Shown here: positions 12,419 to 24,353 of the stretch, one piece after another
How the letters are laid out: every line of letters starts with the position of its first letter
Numbering within the stretch: position 1 is the first letter of the stretch
Assembly (NCBI GenBank): GCA_964187785.1
Contig: OZ076409.1
Coordinates: forward strand, 50,160,001-50,224,000
Direction: 5' to 3'
DNA length: 64,000 bases
Source: Amphiscolops sp. MND2022
Taxonomy: Eukaryota
Translations under genes and position numbers: made by a program
The notes under the pieces: model-generated
Told to the model about the DNA's origin: nothing
Databases searched by the model: none
What the model saw: the letters and a program-made list of their open reading frames with translations, nothing else

Positions 12419-15400
12419 ATGACGCCGTCTCTGTCTGCAAGTCCAAGAGTTTATGCAGAACTCACTAGTGTAGGACCGATTGCTCCGGCCCAAACTCCAA
12501 TCCCGCAGTATCCGCTTGTGCCAATGTAACCCCAATGTAAGGTGTTTACCGTCTGTTGATCAATTCCGTCGGTTATTCATCGCCAATCAATCACAATGTT
12601 ATTTCAGTATACACGCCTTGGCAACAGTCTTTGGGTTCTCTGTCGTTGGGGTGGTACGATGGTTATCTGCGCAATACAGTGAGAGAAGAACTTGCTAGTG
12701 CCAGTAAGTCAACTTTCATGTGTGATAGCGCTTTCAGCTGTCTCTGCTGTTGCATTCGTGTTGGTCGAATAGGTTTCATCGGTTGCCCATCGTGAATGTG
12801 GTGTCGATGTAGGGACGATGGATCTTGTTATTTTTAGTCCCGCGTGATGTGCAATCCGTTGGAAGACCTGCATTTCGACATTTTGTGTCTGTTGCCTGTG
12901 GACCGGAAGCGTCGGAGTCGTCACGTGATGTAGCGACACAGACGCGTCGCGAGTTTGTGGTGGAGTCGCCTTCCAGGGAGTCAGAGGACATCGAGGCTGT
13001 CTCTGAAGATGAGCAGCGGGAGGCAGATGCGATGATCCTTGATGATGAAGACATTGCCGAGTCATCTGGAAATGTTGCCGCTGTGGGTGAGGCTGGTACT
13101 TCCATCGTCAGTTCATCTGTACAGCCTGGTCCAGTTGTTGTCAGGCGGTCAGTTCGGGCAGGTAAACTAAACAACTTCATCGATCACGTGACTTGCAAGT
13201 TATGTGCTTTTTCGGAATACGTAGTGGACGTGTGTAGTTTTATTTTCAAGTGTGTTTTGAGGTCATTTCTCTATACTGTCTTTTCAGTTGTTTTAATTTT
13301 TCACTCGGTAGAAGTTTTCTTTTAGCTAATTTAACTAAAACGTCGTTTTTACATCAGTGGGGCTATTTTGGATGAATTCCATTTAGTCCTATGTTCAGTT
13401 AAGTAGTTTCATCGTTTGGCCATCTGGTTTTGTTTTAGTCGCTTTGAACAGCATTAGAGCGACCTGGTTTCAACACCCGTATGCCGGAATCTCGCTTGGC
13501 TTCGCTCGTGAGCATCGTTCATCTGATGCTTATGTGCGGTGTCTTTTATGTCGTCGCGATTTGAAGGTTGGCAGTCGCGGGATTTCAACCTATTTGGAAC
13601 ATTGTCGCGGCGTGATCCATCACAAGTTAGACTGTCTGGTGCGTCTGCGACGTGGATTGTTGCTGAGACGTCCAACTGGTGCTGTGATGGGCGTAGTAGA
13701 AGCGGCGCAGATGGTTGAAGAGTTACGTGGGCTGTCAGTGCCTGACGTGGAAGTGTGTCCTGCTTTGTCAGTGCAGGATGTGTTCCGGATTGAGTCAGGA
13801 GGCGGAAGTATCTGGAGTTCAACCGTGCAGGAAGTGCCCGATACAGAACGCAGTCTGAGGATGTTCCTGTGTGTCGTCGTGGACGCGCTTTATTGAGGTG
13901 GTGACGTGACGGGTCTCACCGATTTGTGGGATTCCCTGTCGACGACGGACGTGTCGTACGGAAGTCTTTTCGGTGGCGGATGCCGGAAGGAAGACGTAGT
14001 GGTAATTATATGTTTCATGAATTACCTGTATACATGTTATTACATGTTTGGAATTTCCTAATGGCCTTCATGCTGTGTCTATAGACGGGTAAATGGTCTA
14101 GGTTCTGAGGGGGGGTTTGTGTGCTATTGTCATGAGGCTGATTGGTGTTTTGGAATATGTTTTAACTTTTCCAGGCGCTTCTGATCTTCGGAGTGTGGCC
14201 TTATGTCGTCCGCACACTCGCAGCTTCGCTATGTGGTGAAAATCCTGTTGGACTATACCTGGAGTTGGATAGGAGTGTCGTTCGGTGCTCTGTCAGTGTG
14301 GCTGAGGCAGATGCAGTGCAGGGCGTGGTCTTGTTTGAGGTCGTAGCTACTGGCGACTGGGAGAGGCGAGTGTCTGAGTGGCTCGCGGACTACTGGAGTT
14401 GCGTCGGAGATGACTTTGTCCCAGTGGGGATCAGTTGTGGATGTCTCTCAACTGTTGGAGGGTTGTTAGAAGGAGATGGCGGCCGACGCGGGTTGCAGCT
14501 GAATCCGTTACAATTGAATGCCGTATTGCAGATTATCACAACCGCTGGATTGTCTGTGTTCGTCGGGCAGGACGTTCATGTGGTGATGAACTTTCTTCTG
14601 GGGAAGCTTCGCGACCGTTTGACGGATCCTGTGTTACGCAGTTGTCCTGCTTTGCTGCATGTTAGTGAGTTCATATGTTTGGTTTTGGTTCGGCAAGACT
14701 AATGGAGTTAGGAAGACGTGGTGGGCGTCATGGAAACTTGAAGTGAGGTGTGTAAGTAATGTGTTTTTTATTTCAGTGTGTCGTAGCCGGTGAAATCTCT
14801 AATTGGGAGATTGTCTCTGTCCTGGAGGATTTACATCATTCGTGGGACAGTCTTGTGGCGTTGATACAGCGTCTTGACCAGTTGGGAGGAAGTGCAGATC
14901 CCAATCGGATGGAGTTATTAATCTTGCAGGAATCAGGGCTAGCTTTGAAATTGCATGCTATGGGAGTGGTATACTTTATTGGTTAGATTTTGCTTTTGTT
15001 ACAATGTAATTACGTTTATACAGGTTTTATCGGTTATACGTCGTGTTATTTGAGGGTTCGGGGAAACTGTCTATCGTTATCATCGGAAAAATGTCAGGTG
15101 GCGTGGAAATACCACTTCGAGTCATTTGTTAGGTCTGTACTAGGTGAGGACGTTGTTATACAGTGTACATCGGATTAGCATCTGGTCATTGACGTGTTGT
15201 GTTCTAATCGTTTTGTTTTAGTACTCAAGAACATGAAACAGACTTTCAGTGGAAGTATGCATCGCGGATTGTATACGGTCAATGAATTGCTGAGTACCGT
15301 CCGAGAACTTTGTTTAATGGTTACTCAACCTGCGACAGTACCGGAATCATTTGAGATGCACCGCTGGGCCGGTTTTCAAGTAGCTGATCTACGGTTAAGT

Positions 15401-16180
15401 GCAGCGAGAGAGTCGCAGTTGTATCGGACTTTCGAAGCTCATCGCGCCCGTTATGCTTGTGGGGGGGAGTATCGAGCGGCAGTTACCGTTGTTGAAGAGT
15501 TCCTTATTACCATTGCTATGAACTTGCTACGGATGCCACAGATTTCTGATCAAGTCAATATGGCCCTAGCATGTTGGTGTCCTGATGTGCTGATGCGCGG
15601 AAGTGTCAATGAAATGCAGGAAACCATTGGCTACTTTCTTGAGGCTCTAGAGGGAAATGGAGTTATAGCTGAAGAAGAAAGGATTGCGATGTCTGACTCT
15701 TATGTACAATTTGTCAGAATAATTCCGAGATGACCATACGAGTGAGTATGCATCAGATCTCCATGATAGGGAGCTGTTGCAGTATGGTACTAACGATGCT
15801 AATTTGCGGCGGATGATGCAGCTGTCGTTGTGTTTGAGCGGCAGTGTAATTCAAAGTGTTCAGATGGTCAATATTTGCTTGCCAACTTTATCTTCATAGT
15901 CCCGAGAAGTATTTTCCTGACAATTCTCAGTTGGTGTGAGGCCCGAAATGTGCGGGGTTTACAGAGTATTCCCGATGGCTTAGTGATGGAAAGTAGCGAA
16001 GTGATTGGAAGAGCGGAAGATTTACGAAACGTCACGCTAGGCAGTTTGTGGGATGAAATCGGCAGAGAATCTCCTGATGGTTATCGTGGTGCAGTTTCGG
16101 AGCGGTTGGGTTTCACGTCGGATGGTGGAAGGGCTGCGAGTCCGGAAATTGGTGGAGCGCATCGATTTCGAAAACTATTT
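12419..16180 (+). pseudogene. Antisense spliced cargo gene: acidic N-terminus, BED/TTF-like zinc finger, degenerate hAT-transposase-like body
   Basis: Phase-matched GT-AG exons 12419-12536, 12608-12703, 12838-13161, 13439-14001, 14175-14660, 14777-14968, then probably 15024-15127 and 15222 onward; CLLCRRDLKVGSRGISTYLEHCRGVIHH; EFLITIAMNLLRMPQISDQVNMALACWCPDVL; a few stops and frameshifts. Confidence 0.8.
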
Positions 16181-16406
16181 ATTTCACACTTATTTATTCG
16201 TTGTTTTAACTTTGATTGAGTATGTACACGATTATTAGAGAGTGCGAAGCACTAACATTTGTGTTGGGATTTGGTTATAGTTGTTTGTTTTTATTTTTTT
16301 TCTGTACTTTGTGCGAAAGTTATTAGAGCTTTTCTGAATTGAACATTTAGTTAGAGTTTTCATGCGCTATAAGATAGAAGTTAGTTGGTAGGCGAGCCGA
16401 TGAGGG

Positions 16407-17705
16407 TGATGAGAGGGCGATGGAACATTTCCATCGTTCTTTCATCTGTAATTGCCTTTGTGTGTTATTTTAGTATGAAACCTTTGGATGATAAGTAAAC
16501 GATGAAACATTCTCATCGTTTTTCCATCGCGCGGCTCAGTTGCATGTATTCACAGTGTAGGTTACGAGACTTAGGTAGTTTTCATGTTAGGTTGTTACCA
16601 GTGATTAAGTGATGGGGGAACTCCATCTCTTATACATCGTGACTGTTGTTGTACTCGCGTGCGTGAAAGGTACATGTATTTTGAATTGCATGAGTAGCCT
16701 GAGTTTCATGTTAATTTTTCGGAACGATGTGTACGCGATGAAGTATTTTCATCGTGTAGGCATCGATACAGAGGCTTGAGTGGGTTTTGGCGTTGAAATA
16801 TGTAAAGGTGAGTGGAACGGTGGAGTATATCCATCATTCCATCATCGTTGACTGAGAATTGGTTCATTTGAGGTGGAAATTCTAGAAGCAATGAGTAACC
16901 GATGAAATATTTCCATCGGATTTCCTTCAGGGGGATTTTCGTGCGTTCTTCAGGAGTTGTGTGATACGGTGGAGGTTTTCCATCATTTTGTCATCGTGGC
17001 GATGAGTTTGTTAAGGTTGTTCGACAAACTGTGCGACGATGCGGGTAACGATGAAACATTTTCATCGTTTTTCCATCGTCGACTGATAACTAGTTAATTT
17101 TGCGTTGAGGAGTGGAAGCGATGAACTAACAATGAAAGATTTCCATCGTTTTTTCATCGGCGTGTGTCTGTTGGTGTGTTAGCCTTTGAATAGCAGTTGT
17201 ATCTTTTCGGTGTCCTCAATCAGGGCGGTAATGAACCGAATGTCAACCCAATGCAAAGCCTATGGTCTGTTGACGATTGAGGATTATTCTCTCTTGACTG
17301 AAGGTAATTGTAGAGAGAAGGGAGATGTAGAAGTGATGGAGAAACTCCATCTCTTTTACATCGTGCTGTTACAAGTTTTCAGTCAATTACGGTGGTTTGT
17401 CTAATTGCCACTTAGCTGTTGGTAATCAAGTTTTCCTCAACTGAGATTCGCTAATCAGATGTTGACTCGAGGCAAAGCCTACGAATTATCAACAGACAGG
17501 TCATGGAAACTCAGATTGTTTTGTGGCATGGTCAGAGAGAAGGTTGTGATGAGAAAACGATGGATGTTAACCATCGTTAAGCTCACTTAAATTTTATGTG
17601 TTTCTGGAAGCGATGTGGTGCCGATGGAAATGTTCCATCGGTTTTACATCGTTTCTGGTAATTTCACTGTTTCTTCACGATGGGGTGTTATTTAACCATC
17701 GTTTT
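16407..17705. promoter_or_regulatory. Array of ~13 spaced palindromic sites CGATG-N6-CGATG-N9-CATCG-N6-CATCG
   Basis: Exact geometry at 16725-16765 and 17611-17651, near-exact at 17119-17159; spacer sequences vary while pentamers and spacing are kept. Confidence 0.75.
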
Positions 17706-17744
17706 GATGTGAGGTTGTTGTTTACATGTTGTTTCTATCGTTTT

Positions 17745-19590
17745 CTACTGCAGAGTAGTGTTTGTTTTGCGTAGGGCGCTTCGAGCAGTTGAGATTTCAT
17801 GAATTAGGAAGTCTGAGTAGCGTTTCGGCTGAGGGTTTTCGCGTAGACTATATTTGCTTTTATTTGTCCTCGTTGCTATCAGATTTGGCGTTTCATCATC
17901 GTTCACCTGTTGGGGTGTCTCGGTGTTGGCAGGTTTTGTTGATTGTTCTGGCTGTTTCGTTGTATCTTGAATGATTTCCTGTGGACTTATCTCATCATTT
18001 TCGTTGAATTGCACCTGTGGGGCGTTTCGGGGCAGGTCGTCTATGATTATTTCCGGTTGTGGTGTTAACGACAGTCGGTTCGGTAGTCGATTCAGTGGTC
18101 TGTCGTGTTTGATTGCCTGCCGATAATCTGGCGATTTTAATCGAATGACTCTTTCAACTGGTGTTTTTTTTCATCAGTTTCTGGTTCGTCCGAATTGGAG
18201 TTTAATTTTGTTTGTGTGGGAATGTGGGAATCGAAAATATCAGAATCTTCCGTTTGGTCCGTGTCAGCGTATACTGGTTGGTTACTGATGTCCACGTCTT
18301 CTACAGGAAACTCCGGTTTGAAGATTTTCAGTCGTATCCGGTGAACGCATTGTGTTTTGAATGTTCCTACCTTTCGTATGATGTAGTTACTGTCGGACAG
18401 CACTTTCATCACTTTGAACGGACCTTTCCAGTGGAAGGTCTTGAACTCTTCTTTGCAACCCTGAGAGTCGTATTTGGGGTCAAGTAGGAAAACAAGATCG
18501 TTCACTTTGAGCGGTTGTGCTTTGGCTTTTCTGTCATAGTAAGCCTTGTACTTGTGGTATGCAGCTACTATGTTGTCTGTGTTGTTTCGGTAGATTTCGT
18601 TCATGCGGTTTAGGATCTGATTGATGTCTCCAAACTTGGTGTCGACTCGTCTTTCAGAGTTAGAGTATTTTAGGTCCAAAGCGTTGTATGGAGTGCGTCC
18701 GTGAAAGATTTCAGTTGGTGAACATTTCAGAGAAGTGTGGTACGTTGTGTTATGGGCCATGTTTGCTTTGTCGACATAGCGGTCCCATTGTGGTCTGTCT
18801 ACGTTTACATGTATTTTTAGGATCTTTTTTAGTTTTGCATGACTTCTCTCAACCATGCCTATGGTTTGTGCATGTTTTACAGTTGCATGGGAGATTTCAA
18901 TGCCAATGGCTTTGGTCAGTTGTTGGAATAGTTCGGCGGTGAACACGGACCCTTTGTCAGTCAGGATATGCGTTGGGACGTACGCGTGTTTGGCGAATAC
19001 CGACAGTAGAGCATTAACTACGGATGGTGTATCGGGTTTTCGTAGCGGTACAGCAAACAAATAACGCGAGAATACGTCTATTGCGGTCAGGATATGTGTG
19101 TATCCGTTTGATGCAGGCAGTGGTCCGACTATGTCAACTTCCATCAGATCAGTAGGGCCGTTACACGGGTCGTATATTTTCTGTTACGGTGGGCGGATCT
19201 TTCATTCGTTCGTCAATTTCGATCGCATGCAAGTTTCACAGCTTTCGAGTACTTTTTGTGTTTTCTCAGCAAGACTTGGAGAGTAGTAGCGTTTGCGTAG
19301 TTCATGTAACATCTTTTTAGAACCGAGGTGTCCCTGTACAGGGTTACTGTGTAAGGACCTGAATATTTCTAACATCACTTGATCAGGTACGACGATTTGT
19401 TTATGGGACTCAAGGCCAGTAAGGTGATAAAAGATACGGTACAGAACTCCGTTTACATTTTCAAGGCGTTTTCTGTTTTTGTAAAGTTTTTGGAAAAACG
19501 TTGACATCAAGTTCACAGGGTGGGTCAAAGTTGTTTCGTCAGACAAAATTTTAAACATAAGTTGAATGTCACTATTCGTTTTTTGGGTTA
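17745..19590 (-). pseudogene. Element 1 integrase (HHCC, DDE core, C-terminal tail), frameshifted
   Basis: HSNPVQGHLG..CETC; EVDIVGPLP; LTDKGSVF; GMVERSH; WKGPFKV; tail KYSLRENPQP. Confidence 0.93.
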
Positions 19591-19593
19591 AAA

Positions 19594-21360
19594 TTAGATC
19601 GACTCCCCTGGGGGGCTAACCTCCTTCGTTACCGGGTGTAGTAACGATGTTTTTACGATGAATCTAGTGTACTCTGGTAGGTGAGCGTCAGTCATTAGCT
19701 GGTAGATCTGAGGGGAGCTTGTGTGATCATTCTCAGAGGCCAGTGGTGTGGAGTGTACGTAGTTCATCGTTTTGTCATCGTCACAGGCTGTCGTCGCTAC
19801 GTCAACTGTTCTCATCGGTTTGCCATCGTCGATCGTCACTGTCTCAGAGTTGATCACTTTCATCGGTTTAGCATCGTGTGACCTCTTCTGTCTCAGTGAT
19901 TCGCTAGGAGGGAAGTATTCTGGTTCGTCTTCCTCCTGTTTTGGTGTCTTCGATGCGATTTCGATTTCTATGTGGTGTACTGGAATGGAATCAGTTAATT
20001 TTAGATGGACACGTTCTTCAGGTCGAATTTCCAACCTGGAAAAGTAATCCGCTGCGGGATTCTCTACACCTGGTACATGTGCTAAAATAAAATTAAACTG
20101 AAGCGTCTGGTCGCAAAAATTCCAAAGTGACGGTGGTATGTGTTTGGCCTGAAAGAAACGGGTGAGTGCTTTATTATCTGTCATTACAATTATAGGTTTC
20201 TTTCCCACAGAATGTGGCCGAACTCGTCGAACGCGAAGTGCATGGCTAAAAACTCTTTAGCGTACATTGTTAATGACATCTGTCCACCCTGAAATTTCTT
20301 AGAGCCAAAGGCAACTGGTGCGTACATCTTCAAGCTACCCGATTGTGTTTCAGAGTAGTCTTCTATTAAAAAAACATAACCTGCTGCATGTTCACTCGCG
20401 TCACACATGATTACTAATTGTTTATCCGGAAGGAGAAGTTTCAATGACAGCTTAGTAGCCTTGAGTAAACTTTCGTTAATGTCAAAAATTACATCTTTGT
20501 GACGTTGTTCTAATTTAAAGGTAGTGTCTTTTTTGATTAATTCGTGAAGAACTGCTGTTTTGTCTGCCAACCGGGGAATGTAGGACCTGTAAAAGTTGAC
20601 AAATCCTAAGTACCGTTGGAGAGCTTTAACTGAAGTGGGAGGTTTGAGTTTCTTCAAATAATCAGTTATTCGTTTTTCGATGGGTGCTATTCCAGTGCTA
20701 GAAATTGATTTGCCAAGGTATTCAATTTGTTGTTGACCGAATTCACATTTATTCATGCTGAGTTTTAAACCAGCTTTGGACAACTGCTGAAAAACAATTT
20801 CTAAATTTTCAATCAATTCATCAGGCGTATTTGCTGCGATGCCTATGTCGTCAACATACTGGGCACAGCGGTCCGCTTTGACCAAGGAGTCCAAATACTT
20901 GCGGACTACGCTGGTGAAGGATGAAAGGGAACGATTAAGACCTTGAGCTAGTCTAAGAAAAGCAAAGGTACGGGATCCAAAGTTAAAAGACAACAGTTGG
21001 ATTGACTGCTCATCGGCCATTGGAATGCAGTGGTAGGCCTGGGAACAATCAAGTTTACAGAAATATTTTTTCCCGGCCATGTGTTGAGCAGCGTCTGAAA
21101 CTGTTGTGACTGGGTGGTTGTGTTCTCCGTAATCGTTCTTGATCAGGTGGTTGATTCTCCGCAAGTCAACTAAAATCCTTAGTTTACCACTCGGTTTACG
21201 CTGTACAAATATCGGTGACGAGTATTTGCTGTAAGGGAGAGTAGTTATAATCCCGTACTCCTGCATTGACGCTAATTCTACAAGCAAGTCATCTTTTAGG
21301 TTAGTAGGGGTAGGGAGACTTTGGGAGTACACCGGTTCTTCATGCTGGGGTGTTAATTTT
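19594..21360 (-). pseudogene. Element 1 reverse transcriptase and RNase H
   Basis: SPIFVQRKPSGKLRILVDLR; KLDCSQAY; AQYVDDIGI; MCDASEHAAG; AKEFLA; MTDNKAL; ADYFSR; frameshift near 20200. Confidence 0.95.
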
Positions 21361-21362
21361 AC

Positions 21363-22901
21363 TTAAAAATCAGTGTTCATGCCGATGTCTAAACGATGTC
21401 TAGCAAAAATGGAGTTGTACTTTACCAGCAACTCCTCTACCTGAGCTTGTTGAGACGGAGAAAGAAGTGATTCCTCCCACTTGAAGTTCTGCAGGAACTT
21501 GACTCGTTCTTCATGGGAGCGGGTAGGATCGAGCTTCTCCAGTTCTCTGAGGGCCAGAATCTCATCGAAAATGCGTCTTTCGATCTTGTTGAGTTTATCT
21601 GGTTCACTGCACGTCTCTGGTGTCGGGTACCATTTTGTAGACTTCATCTCTGGGTTCACGAAGAGTTGATTGATCACTGCTGCTGCATCATCTGGGTGAT
21701 CGGTGATCAACTTCAGGTGTTCGACAGGCATCGGTGTGATGTTGGCTGCTTGATGGGGCGTTGGTATTCTGAAGTGTGCCAGGTTGGTGTTGGCTTCAAG
21801 TGTGTACACGTGCTCATTGGGGTTGGTGACCTGAATCATCGTTTTTCCATCGTCTAGGTCAACCACTGCTGGAGACACCAAGAGACACGTTTTGCGCATG
21901 AAAGCTGGAGTCCCTTCTACCGTGCCAGTTGTACGTGATATGTCCGCGTCACTGTGGACCTCAATCAGTACTTGATGGTGGGGAGGGATGGTAGTTCTGT
22001 TGCTGGAATACAAATTAATTAACCCAGTTTTGAACTTTTTATTCGTCTGTTGTCTCACTTGCATTGACATCATATGGTTAGGAAAGTGAACTAGATGATT
22101 TATGATGTCAAGGCTGACAGAATACTTTTCAAAAAATGACATTCCGATCAGGATCGTTCCCATTGTTGGGAGGACCAAAAAGACTTCTTCGAAGACTTTT
22201 CCAGCTATAAAGAAGCGTAAAAGGACTTGTTTTTGAATGGGGACTAAGTTGCCGTTAGCTATCTGAACTTTAAAGTTAGGGGGTGGTAATTCGTCTAGTA
22301 CTGCTTCGGGATGAGCAGCGGTGATTTTGCGTAATTCTGCTTCCGAAAGTGCGCTTTGCACTGCTCCTGTGTCTAAAAGACCTTGGTTTTCGTAGCTGTT
22401 AAACTGGAGGGGAACAAACAACATCTTATCCTTTTTATTTATATGCAATGTGGGACTAAGTACGTGAAATTGATTATTGGTTGCATGTTTTTTAGTTTTG
22501 GTACTACTATTTTTGTCGTTTGCATGTGTTTTACTACTAAGCCGTTTTGTCGATTTGTCATCGGTTGAGAGTCGGTCCGTCTGTTGTAGATGTGAGTACA
22601 TCTCTTTGGCATCGTGCGCAGGCCTCAATGCGTCGTTATGCCAGTTCATCGTTTGTTCATCGAGTGAGTTTTCCAATGGAGTGAATCTGTTGGTGGTTTT
22701 CATCGCCTTCATCGGTTGTTTATCGGGTTTCCGGTATCTTCGCAGATAGACTTCGTCTGCTTTGCTGGAATCACCAGAGGGCTGCCAAGACCTCTGATGA
22801 CGATTGCGTTGAGTTTGTTGAGTCGAGTGAGATTTGGAGTCAGAGTGTGGGTGCGCACTTTGATTGTTCGCGGAGTGAAATTGTGGCTTTACTGAAAATC
22901 C
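21363..22901 (-). pseudogene. Element 1 pol N-terminus: aspartic protease and a dUTPase-like beta region
   Basis: LLDTGAVQS, ILIGMSF; frame open from the gag overlap at 22901 to a premature stop at 21363. Confidence 0.9.
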
Positions 22902-23490
22902 TGTTCTCCTTCTGAGGATGGATCTTCATCGTTGTCTTGTATTTCCATTTGGTTCATGGGGCGCTGTTGTTGTTTTAATTCTCGTCGTCGCTCTTTGTTC
23001 TCTTGTTCATCTGTTCGTTGGTATGGTAGTTGTCCGTAGGGTGTGCTGGTTTGCTTTGGGATTCTTTTTCTGCAGTCCCAGGTTGAGTGGCCAGTATACC
23101 CGCAAATCTGGCATACCAGTTTTGGGTTGTATTTTGGCTTATCTTCATCTTGCCGCTTGGTAGGTTGTATGGCGTCTGGTTTGTTAATGCCATTAGCTTC
23201 ATCTCTTTGGCGTCCTCTGCATTCTTGTTTCGTGTGGCCTTGTTTACCACAGTAGAAGCATTTTCCATCGAATCGTTTAGTGTCTAATTTGGGCTGAGAT
23301 TGGTCGGAGCGTGTGAATTCTCGTTTGGATTTGTTATCAGACATCTGGTTAAATGGCTGATATGTCGCTGCAGGTTGTTGTAGGACGTTCTGATATTGGT
23401 ATTTTCTGAGTAAGTAGGTTTTGATTTCTTCGGGGCTGCTGTCTTCTTTGTTCGCCATTGTCAGCTCTTGTTGGATTTCGATTTCTGGCG
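22889..23490 (-). CDS. Element 1 Gag C-terminus with two CCHC knuckles (N-terminus deleted)
   Basis: CFYCGKQGHTKQEC and CQICGYTGHSTWDC. Confidence 0.9.
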
Positions 23491-23981
23491 TTCTGGTCAC
23501 GGTTAAACGATGTAATATGGATGAAACTTGTTAGATTGAGTTGAATTATTAGTTCTAGCACCAATAACATCGTTATTTCATCGTTTCGTGTATTTCAAAG
23601 AGAGGAGGCTTGTCGCGCTAGTTTCCTCTGAGGCGGGAGTTCCCTAGCGAGTGTCAATCTCGTCTATTCGTTATGGCGGTCCAGTTTGACCGAGTAACTA
23701 CTTTCTTTTCTCGTGACAAGCCATTAAATGTAGAATAGCATCATTTGCTTATTAGCACGGTCATGAATTGCGGACAAACGGAACTAGAATGCTCAGTATT
23801 AAATAAATAAATAGCTCAAATCTCACTGGGGAAATAGTGGGTTAGGTACAAGTAACGTAGGGTTGCTCACAACCATAGGTCTTATTATATGACATCATAT
23901 TGCCCATATCTAAAAACATAAGACATATTATTTACATTACAGATATTTAGTAGATTATATTTCCATCATGCTGGCATGACG
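23482..23981 (-). repeat. Truncated 5' LTR of element 1
   Basis: Matches 10834-11333, then joins directly into mid-gag. Confidence 0.9.
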
Positions 23982-24353
23982 CCGGGACCTCGTATCATTT
24001 TTGAGGTAATGAAAAATACATTGCAAGTAGGCTTTGAGAATGCATAAGAAGTCTTGACAGGTAGAAGACGAGTAACAAAAAAACCCTTACATTGAAGTTG
24101 AACTGAACTTGGGTTCATCTTCATGTGTCAACTTCCAAGATGTTGACTGCTATTTGGTTCGAATATCAAACATTTTTACCAGGTATATTTTATTGCCAAT
24201 TTTATATATGGCTCCTAGTTGCAATATATGTTCAATTTACTTCTAGATAAGGAACAAGGGGACAAATGCAGACATAAACGATTTTCATGAACAATGAATA
24301 GCTGCGATTTTCATTAGAGCAATTGAATGTAAAGGAACGAAGGAAAAACTTAC

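Larger units (their letters stand above)
9676..23981 (-). mobile_element. Ty3/Gypsy LTR retrotransposon (element 1) with antisense cargo gene; 5' LTR/gag partly deleted
   Basis: TSD CCGGG at 9671-9675 and 23982-23986; 500-bp direct repeat 10834-11333 = 23482-23981 (~98%); domain order PR-RT-RH-IN. Confidence 0.93.

Noticed and set aside
16407..17705. CRISPR-like repeat-spacer array
   Set aside because: Units are degenerate and irregularly spaced, there are no cas genes, and the context is a eukaryotic retroelement.
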